A DNA stretch of 64,000 bases from assembly GCF_006345805.1 (NCBI RefSeq), contig NC_043001.1:22506001-22570000 (forward strand). The letters run 5' to 3'. Within the stretch, counting starts at the first letter, position 1. Every line of letters begins with the position of its first letter. Position numbers and translations under genes: made by a program. Below, piece by piece: positions 24,101 to 34,300 of this stretch. Below the pieces are notes generated by a model. It was not told the DNA's origin and searched no databases. It saw nothing but the letters and a program-made list of their open reading frames with translations. This stretch comes from Octopus sinensis. Its lineage: Eukaryota.

Positions 24101-27100
24101 CACTCTTTACTCCTGCATCTTGCAGCTCACCTACGATGGACTGGTGTCCCGTCCAGGTGGGGAACCTATACGTCAAAGAAACCAGGAAACTGGCCCTTAT
24201 GAGCCAGGCATGGCTTGATAAGGAACAACATAACAACTGAGGCAGGTGGGTGCAACCCACCCCAACCTGATGCCCATTCACCTTTGCTATCATGAGGCTT
24301 TTTTGAAGCTGGATTTCTATGGAGAGCATGCCTTTGCTTATCCCCAACCTCAGTTTCTAGACATGAGTGGTCCTGAGACCAAGGCTTCTACCACGATTTT
24401 TGAGAAATGTGGTGGAAAGCTAGTTCAGGAAGGCAGGGACGCTACTCCCTGAGAACCCTTTCAGAGTCACCCTACCTATTTATACAACAACAGCTACAGA
24501 TGTGTATTATTTTAGGTAGGGAGCTAGCAGAATAACACATTGGACAAAATGCTTACTGGTATTCCTTCCTGCTTTTTACATTCTGAGCTCAGATTCCATC
24601 AAAGTCAACTTTGCTTTCATTTTTTTGAAGTTGATAAAATAATGTACCTAGTCAGGAGTGGCTGTGTGATAAGTAGCTTGCTTACCAACCACATGGTTCT
24701 GGATTCATTTCCACTGCGTAGCACCTTGGGCAAGTGTCTTCTACTATAGCCTCGGGCTGACCAAAGCCTTGTGAGTGGATTTGGTAGATGGAAACTGAAA
24801 GAAGCCCATCGTATATATGTATGTGTCTGTATATATTTGTGTGTCTGTTTGTCCCCCCAACATCGCTTGACAACCAATGCTAGTGTGTTTATGTTCCCGT
24901 TACTTGGTGGTTCAGCAAAAGAGACCGATAGAATAAGTACTAGGCTTACAAAGAATAAGTCCTGGGGTCGATTTACTTGACTAAAGGCGGTGCTCCAGCA
25001 TGGCCACAGTCAAATGACTGAAAGAAGTAAAAGAGAGTCATGTAGTAGAGTCAATGGATGTAATTAACTAATGCTTTCCCTCTGAAATTAATGGTCTTGT
25101 ACCAAAATTTTAAAAATCATTTTACTATTCTTGCAATAAGATATACAGAATGATATGAACAAGTGTTGTATGTGGCAGTTGATGAGTTTTTACTTGAGAA
25201 ATTGTAATTTGGGTTGAAACATGAGATGTGCATAGTAACACCAAGAAAGACAACCATATCAACAAAATGGAGAACCTTGATAATATGTATTGTGCTCTCT
25301 TCTAGTATGTAAGACTATTTAATTATAAATAAGTGATGTACTTTCATGACCAAAGATTTTTTTCTTGCAGAGAATGGAATTGTATATTCTTCTGGTGCCA
25401 TTGGTAAGGAAGAAAGTTGTCAAGATGACAAAATGCCTAATACATTCCTTAAAGTCAGTGGCCTTTCATCTTATAAAATAACACAAGTTACAGCTGGCTG
25501 GGACTTCTCTATAGCACTTACAAGTTAGTAACCAGCTTTGATATATTTAATATAACTAAATCACTTATTCTTTCTCTCTCTCATATGCACAATTACAGGC
25601 ATATATGCACACACTCACATTTGCCTTGCTACAAAATTACTCAATATCTCTGTTAAGTAGTTTTTTATTTTCATTAAGCATTATTTTTCCTTTTTAATAG
25701 ATGAAGGTCGTGTATTCACATGGGGATCTAACACCTTTGGTCAGCTTGGAGTCACAGGTACTCTTAAGTCACTTCTCCCAGTAAGTACTTGATTTTTATT
25801 TAAATTAGTTAAGGTGTAATGTACTAAATGATGTACACACACACACACACACTTTTTAATTATTTCACATTTCCCTCATAGTTGAAGAACCAAAAACAGA
25901 ATATTGAGCATAAAATTTTAACAACTCTCAAAAAAGGAGAGATAATTTCAAATTAAGAATTTCACAAAATTAATTTCCATGCTTAGGTTAAAAATCTTAT
26001 TCTGCCTTACACAAAAAGAGACAACAATGGAATGCTTCAATCTTATTGATACTCATTGTATAACTATAATCAATACCTAAACCTACTTTGAATGGTTGAT
26101 AAGTTTTTATGTATAAAAAATGAGTTGTGATGATTTTGGGCAGTTTAGTTTGCATATCTCATTTTGTTTTTGATTTTTACTTAGATAATTGTATGAATTT
26201 AAATAAATAAGTTAAGAGGTGATAATACATATTTAGATGCCCAAGACATGTCACAGGCCATGATTTCATCAGGTTTTAATGTCCCAAAGCAGTGAAGTGC
26301 CTTCAATTGGAAACTGAAATTGATTCACAGATTTGTGTCCCCTAAGGATTTACTTGTATGTTGCTGTAAGATTACTGTGAGATTATCTCAACTCTCAGGA
26401 AACTTTGATATTTTACTGAAATCCAAACTTTATTTCATGTACCTACTTGCTTCAACTTTTTTAAATTATGACTTTTTGTTTTTGCTTGTTCTGGAGGAAG
26501 GAACAGTGCCTATAGCTTTCGCAGTGTGAAAGAGTTGAGAACGATCCATAAATTAGATGTGATTTGTTTATGTTAATTGAACTGTTAATTCGTTTGTGTT
26601 AATTTGTTGGCAATAGGAAGGGCATCCAGCTGTAGAAACTCTGCCAGAACAGATTGGAGCCTGGTGCAGCCATCTGGTTCGCCAGTCCTCAGTCAAATCG
26701 TCCAACCCATGCTAGCATGGAAAGCAGATGTTAAATGATGATGATGATGATGATGAATCAGGTGGGTTTAGGAGAAAGATTATCAACTAAATTAACACTT
26801 ATACTTTTAAGACCTTATGTTTACTTTTTAAACTTTGAAAGTGGATTATACATAAGTTCAAGGCTCATATTTTGGACAGTAGTTGGAGATTGTTATTATA
26901 ATGGCTTCTTTTCCTTGGAACTGGCTAAGTTTATGCCAGCTCTTCTCAGGCGTTTCTACATCACATGTCTCTCCTCTTGTCATCACTCTTGTACCCCCTC
27001 TTTCCTTGGTCTTACACTAATGACTGGTCAGTCTTTCCTCCCCCAGAATATTGATCCTCTGGAATTCCTCTCTGCCCATGTTTTTTCCTGCAGGTGTTAA

Positions 27101-28279
27101 CTTGCAAAAGTTCAAGAGGAACATTAATGTCATCAACTTCACTGGTCTAGGAGGGCATGTGAAAATTATGGCCACTGCTCCTTTCTCCTGAACAAGCAGA
27201 AGCAAAAAGGCGTAATTTAAAAGTTGAAACAAGAAGGTAGGTGAAATAAAGTTTGGATAGCAGTAAAGTATCCAGTTGTTTGTTACATCGGTCATAGTTT
27301 TAGTTAGATGGGTTTGGTTGTAAAGAAATCATAAGAGCTGCAAACTTGTATAGCATTTAACATATTGTGTCAGAGTCATTGTGGTGGGACCTTTGCTAGC
27401 TTATTTTCATTGGTGAAGAGGATACTTTATATACACATGTTAAGACATCAATATTCCTACACACACACACACACACACACAGTTTTTTTTTTTTTTTGAA
27501 ACTGAAGCAGAGTTTGTCTCATGACTTGGGTTTCATGTCACTTTAATCTTCAGGTTTTTGCCTGATAAATCACAGTGGTGTGAAACTCAAGTCTTGAGAC
27601 AAACTCTTAGTTTCAAAAAAAAAAAATTAATATCCTCTATAACATGTATTGAGCACTCATTTGTCTGACATAAACTAACATATGTTCAGTTGTCAATTCT
27701 GACAAATCTTCTGCTCGCTGATACCTACTAAAGCTCTAAATTGGTTTTACTAATTTCAGTTTCCCCATACTATTAATTTTTAAAATATTCAACCCTGTAT
27801 ATTTTTTTAAAATGACATGAAGATTGTTGTTATTTTGTTGAGTTTTGAAAAGCAATGGCATATATTCCATTCTGATTACATTATAGGTTGAAATATCCAT
27901 CAAAGCAGAAGACAGTGATAGTGAGAGAGACAGATCATGTATGGTTACCCACGTTGTGGCAGGGATGAGGCACAGCATGGCTTTGACAAGTAAAGTGATG
28001 TAAACTGTTTTTACAATGCAAATTTAAAATTTCTTGACCCTTTTGATACTAACTCATCTAGGACCACCTTTCGTTCTACAAATTTTCTATTTTAAATTGC
28101 TCTAAATTACGACCTTCCAATAAAATTTCTTGTTAATTTATGTCCCAAAACCCAATGTAATAATAACAGAGTTATTTTACTAAATTCTTCATTATTTTTA
28201 ACTGAAACAATGACAGTGTACTTCAACAGAAGTATGGTAGTGAAAGAGTTAAATACTTTATTTCAACATATTTTGACAA

Positions 28280-28311
<32 letters not shown>

Positions 28312-31300
28312 TTATGTTTGTGTGTCTGTCTTTGTCCCCCACACACACACACATTGCTTTGATAACCAATGCTGGTGTGTTTACGTCCCCCGTAACTTAG
28401 CGGTTCGGCAAAAGAGACCGATAGAATAAGAACTAGGCTTACAAAGAATAAGTCCTGGGGTCGATCTGCTCGACTAAAAAGGCGGTGCTCCAGCATGGCC
28501 ACAGTCAAATGACTGAAATGAGTAAAAGAGTAAAGAGTGAGAGTTGAGTAAGCATTCTTTTAAATGCAGTTAGGCATTGGAGAAAAGTAAAAAATACATT
28601 TTAAAAAGAATTTTGTTTTCTAGTGGAAGATGAAGAAGACATTCAAAGTGACAGGTGTCAAATGTCTTGATTAACAATTTTTTTATATTCAACTAGACGA
28701 TGCTCAGTCTAAAAGAAAGAGCATATTTTAGGAGTTAGTTCATGTCTTTTTGCTAGATATAAGTTTAAAACCAGGATAAATTATTTTTTCTATAAATTAG
28801 ATAAATTTAAAATTTGTTTCCCTGATGAGCTGCTTAAAATTTACATTAAATTTCACAAGCTTAATATTTGTTGTGTGTGTGTGTGTGTGTAACATTTTAT
28901 AAATAACTCATGTGACCACAGTTTCAGGTGATGTGTTTGTTTGGGGTGCTGGAAGAAGAGGTCAACTGGGACTTAAAAACTCTGAGAAACTACCAACCAA
29001 ACAAGAGAAGCCGAAAAAATGTAAGTTAAAAGCTGCTGCAGTTTTGTCATTTCATTATTAAAGAATATTTTGCTTTTCAGTATGAAAATATAGTTCAATA
29101 GGTACAGGTATGGCTGGCGAAGAAGTTTGATTCTGAGTTCAGTACTACCGTATGGTACCTTGAGTGTCTTTTATTACAGCTTGAGTTAACTAATGTATGA
29201 AAGAAATTTGATAGATAGAAACTGTGCAAGAGTCTGCTGTGAATATATCTTCATCATTATAGCATTTACTTATCCATACTTGCAAGGATCAGACAGAATT
29301 CATTGGTAGGTTTTCTATAGCTGGATGTCCTTTCTGTTGCCAACCCTCACCTGTTTCTAAGCAAGGTAATAATCCTCCCATCTATCAAACAGCAAACGAC
29401 CTAGACATGATTATGCAGTGAACTGGCAACAATTGATAGCATTTGAATCAGTGTTTTGTTTACAAAGATCATGCAACATGTCAGGATAGGTCAAGAAACT
29501 TTGATATGCTAATGTCTGCAAATTGTTATCAAAAAACTTTTACCAATTTTTGACCTTCAGTTCAGGTTTATAATTGATAGCACTATGACCCGGCGTTGCC
29601 GGGTCATGGTGCTAGTACATGCATATACAGCTGCGTGCATGCACACATACACATGAGTACTGTCCAAATCTCCGACCAATCACATACAGCTAGCTGGCAT
29701 TCAATTGGCGTATCAAGCTTTGGGCATTTTGATTGGGTTTTAGATAGAAAATTCACAAAAAAGTCACTTCTACTGATTTTTTAATGGCTTTGTGGGGTGA
29801 CTGGGGAAATGTAAAGATGTGCACGACCACCCTTGCATGGTTTTGAATGACCATAGAAAGTGTGAGCCCTCTAACTGAAAAATTGTGGATTTGTATAAAG
29901 GACACACACGCAGACATTTTGCTATTTATATAGAGAGAGATTATTTAGAACTAGCAGTATCGCCCGGCGTTGCTCGGGTTTGTAAGGGAAATAACTATAT
30001 AAGCATTTTTAGAGAGTTATAGCAAAAAAATAGCAAAAAATGCATTAAAATGGAAAAAATATGATGGTAATTTTTTTAAAAATCGTTGACTCATCGTAGA
30101 CATTTTTAGAGAGTTACTTCCCTTATATAATAGCGAAAAAATGCATTAAAATGGAAAAAAAACGATGGTAAATTTTTTTTTAAATCGTAGACTCATGTAG
30201 ACGCTTTCTTAGCCATTCTGTTTTGGTGTCTTCAAGCCATGAAGTCGTTGTTCTAAAGAACACTGGTCTCCTTGACAACGCATTAACGACGTTGATTTCC
30301 TTACACTCCCTTCCCCCAGGTGCAGGTGTGAGCATGGACGCCAACTCCGCCGCCATCGACACACGAAAAATTATGCATTAAAATGGAATAAAAAATGATG
30401 TTAAATTATTTTTAAATCGTAGACTCATCGTAGACGCGCGCTAATATTCAGACGGGTCGATATGAATCACGACTATAAGCTACCCGAATTTGGTTAACTG
30501 CACCGCAAAATGTGGGAGTAGTTAGGAATCTAAATCGAAGGGGACAGACAGACACTCACACAACTACAGTTTTATATATATAGATATACATAGCGCAGTA
30601 GTGGTGAGATGTGACAGCAAAGAAAGCATACATTCACTCTCTGCATGCAATTAGACTCGGAAAGTTCGTGAGGAACCCATTGACCCAATTTGCTGACTTT
30701 TCCGATAGCACACAGATCTCAATGAATGGTTGAATGACCAAATCCAAGCTTCTCTGCTAGTTCCTCAACAGTTACGATGAGATTTTGTTCCACCAGGGTT
30801 TCAGGATGTCCTTGTCGAGTTCTACAGATCTTTCAGGATGAGGCTCGTCTTCTAGGCTGTAGTTTATGGCTCGGGATTTCTGGAACCACCATTGACACTG
30901 CCTTACGCTTATTGTCCAATCCCCATATACTGCATTAATATTTCTTGTACTTTGCACACATTTATATTCTGTTATTCTTTTATATGTTTCAGCCTTGAGG
31001 TTGTGTAATGCTGGATCATGTGTGTGTGTGTGTGTCTATCTGTCTGTATGTATATATGTATATGTATGTGTGTGAACAATAATATTTTCAACAGATGTGT
31101 TGCAAATGTATCTGATTGTTCTCAAGCTTCAATACTGTGTGTGTGTGTATGTGTGTATGTATGTATGTATGTATATGTATGTATGTATGTATGTGTGTAT
31201 GTATGTATGTGTGTGTATGTATGTGTGTGTATGTATGTGTGTGTGTATGTATGTATGTATGTATGTATGAGTGTATGTTTACTTTATTACTAACACAAGC

Positions 31301-34300
31301 CACTACGGTTATTTAATGAAAGTCTTCCTCAAATCACTCTCTCTCTCTCTCTCTCGCTATTTACTCTCTTCCAAGAACATTTTCACTCACTCTTAGCTCT
31401 TAGCTTCCCATACATTTTACTCATGTATCTATCAGCGTCATAGACAGAATACTTTCAGTTTAGTCTTCCTCAAATCACTCTGTCGCTATTTACTTTCATT
31501 TTATTCGTTGCCCACTGTGTGTGTGCGTTTGCGTGTGGTGTAAACCAGACTAAGAAAAGCATTTGACACACACACCAGAATGTGAGTTTTCTGTAAATTT
31601 TGCTTAATTGGAGTTTAAATTTTAAAAACTGGACCTGGCATGACGCGATGCATTGTACTCTTAAAAATGCTAGGTAAATTGTAATTGAAGAAATCCTATA
31701 TTGTAGATTTGTATAACTCCCAAAGGGAGGCAGATAAAATCTGCCTTTTATAATAAGAGATCTATGATTTTAAGATCATTTTTTAAATTCTATGAACTCA
31801 AGAAAATGTTCAACTACACAAAACTAAAGAAATACTTTATTAATGTTTCTTTTGGTTTTTAGTGAATAGCATCTCTGGTGTACAGTCTTTGGTTGCTGGA
31901 GCTTTTCACAGTGGAGCTTTATTAAGTAAGTAATTAGTAATTATAGCTTTTTTTGTGTAGTCACTTCAAAATGGCTCTTTATTCATGGTGAAGTTGTTTG
32001 TTCCTTCTCGAGCTATGCCTGGCTCATAAGGGCCGGTTTCCCAGTTTCTTGGCGTATAGATTCCCCGCCTGGACGGGATGCCGGTTTGTCGCAGATGAGC
32101 TGCAAGATGCAGGAGGAAAGAGTGAGAGAAAGTTGTGGTGAAAGAGTCAGCAGAAGTTCGCCACTACCTTCTGCCGGAGCCGCGTGGATCGTAGGTGTTT
32201 TTGCTCATAAACACACACATCACCCGGTCTGAGATTCGAACCGTCGATCCCTTGACTGCGAGTCCACTGCTCTAACCACTAGGCCATGTGCCTCCACCTA
32301 TGGTGAAGTTGTCTCATACCTTTTCACAATCAAACTAAGGTTATAATTTTTCAAACTTTTGGGATTAAAATATATTATATAAATACTGTTTCAATCAGTT
32401 TGATCTCGAAGTGTTATCAGATGTATTTATTGTACCAGACAGGATTCAAACTAGGAACTGTTATTTCTACATTAAGGGTTATAATACTCTTATCCACCTG
32501 ACAGCTGGGCCTGGTGTCAGTGCTGACCTTACTGATTGGTTTATCTGCTAAATATTCAGGTGCCATGTGTAGGGTTTTATTCATTCTTATGTGACAAAAT
32601 TTGATCTGAATATAAACCACCAAAGTATTTATTTCAATTTAGCTTTGCATACAACCAAACCATATTCTTTTTATTGGTCAAAAGACATATTTCTTTACAT
32701 TTTGCCACAAAATTACATTTCTTTACATTTTGCCACAAAATTAACAATGATGGAATCTGGTTGAAAGCTGACATCTATTCCTCATTGGCATTGTGACCTC
32801 TTCATAAAGGTAGAAATGGCAAAAATGTTATATTCTTAGGGATAGCACAGATCAAAATTAAGAAGTAGCTATTTTTTAATTTTTTACTGAACCAAGAATA
32901 GCAATAAACTCTTGAGAGGAACTATTTAACATTTAAAAAGAAGGAATATCTTCTGAACTATAATTTCCAGGAAAGAGAATTCATTTTTTTCTTAACAATT
33001 TCAAATGTGTCATGACCAACTATGATGATAATAACTGTGATGTATTTTAATGCTCAGTTTTCTATTTTATAGAAGATGGCAGTATTTGTGTTTGGGGCTG
33101 TAATAAATATGGCCAAAGTACAAACATGGAAGTGAAATGTTAACGGAACCTTATAAAATTTCTTCCTGCCAATTCCCACTAAGTGAAAACGATATTATCC
33201 GAGAATTACATAGTGGTTGGTCTCATTTCCTAGTTTTGACAGGTAAATTCTTGTTTTTACCTATTTATTTTTTTATATCAGTGTGTGTGTGAATTGATTT
33301 TTCATTTTACTTAATATTGATCTCTTTTGATTAGGTAGTCATCAAATTTTCATGTAGATCTTAGTTAATTGACTCCTCCCTCCAGTCTATGTAGATATAT
33401 GACACTCGACCTATCAAACTTGGTGGATGGTTTAAAAAATAAAATTGATATTTGTAGGATTCGAAATCAGCACTGAAATGATTGAATATTGCAATACATT
33501 TATTTTGATGTTCAGCAATTAAAATCACTGTGATCTGTTTTTATTACAAATATAAAAGTAACATTACACAACATACAGATGTAATAAAGTAAGTACTGTC
33601 TTGTGTCCTACAACTCATTGGGTTGTTTACTAAGTTTCCATGGCATTTGAAGGAATAAAATTCTGGGGAATGTTAACTACCACCTTATTTTATACTGGGT
33701 AAGTTAGTTTATATAAAGAGCAGTCTCAAAATTTCAATTATTATCAGCACTGTCAGAACACTAAAGCCTGGGTCTTTGAATTCACTTGTGCTATAGTACC
33801 AGCACATGGGCTCAGTGGTTAGAGCGCCAAGCTTACAATCGTGAGGTTGTGAGCTTGAATCCCAGACCAGGCTCTGTGTTGTGTTCTTGAGCAAGACACT
33901 TTATTTCACGTTGCAACAGTTCACTCAGCTGTAGAAATGAGTTGCAACGTCACTGGTGCCAAGCTGTATCGGCCATTGCCTTTCCCTTGGATAATATTGG
34001 TGGTGTGGAGAGGGGAAGCTGGTATGCATGGGCGAGCATGGGCGACTGCTGGTCTTCCATAAACAACCTTGCTCAAACTTGTGCCTGGGAGGATAACTTT
34101 CTAGGTGCAATCCCATGGTCTGTGTTGTGACTGAAGTGGGTCTCAGTACCAGCAATTAATTTTGTTAATTCCTTCTTGGTCTTGCTTTTAATTGTAGTAA
34201 GGCCTCATTATTATCATCATTGTTTAACATCTATATTTCATGCTAGTGTGAGTTGGACAGTCTGACAGGAGCCAATGAATCAGAAGACCCCAGTGTCTTC

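Noticed and set aside
23420-24460. GC-richer islands in SERGEF intron 2 (and 40000-40480 in a VPS18 intron) as nested genes
   Set aside because: No sustained ORF or splice-consistent structure; probably old unclassified retroelement debris.
32417-32623. MAPEYL kinase-like motif
   Set aside because: No other kinase subdomains; at most a decayed LINE tail.
32689-32744. 28-bp tandem duplication
   Set aside because: Simple slippage duplication in an intron with no further structure.
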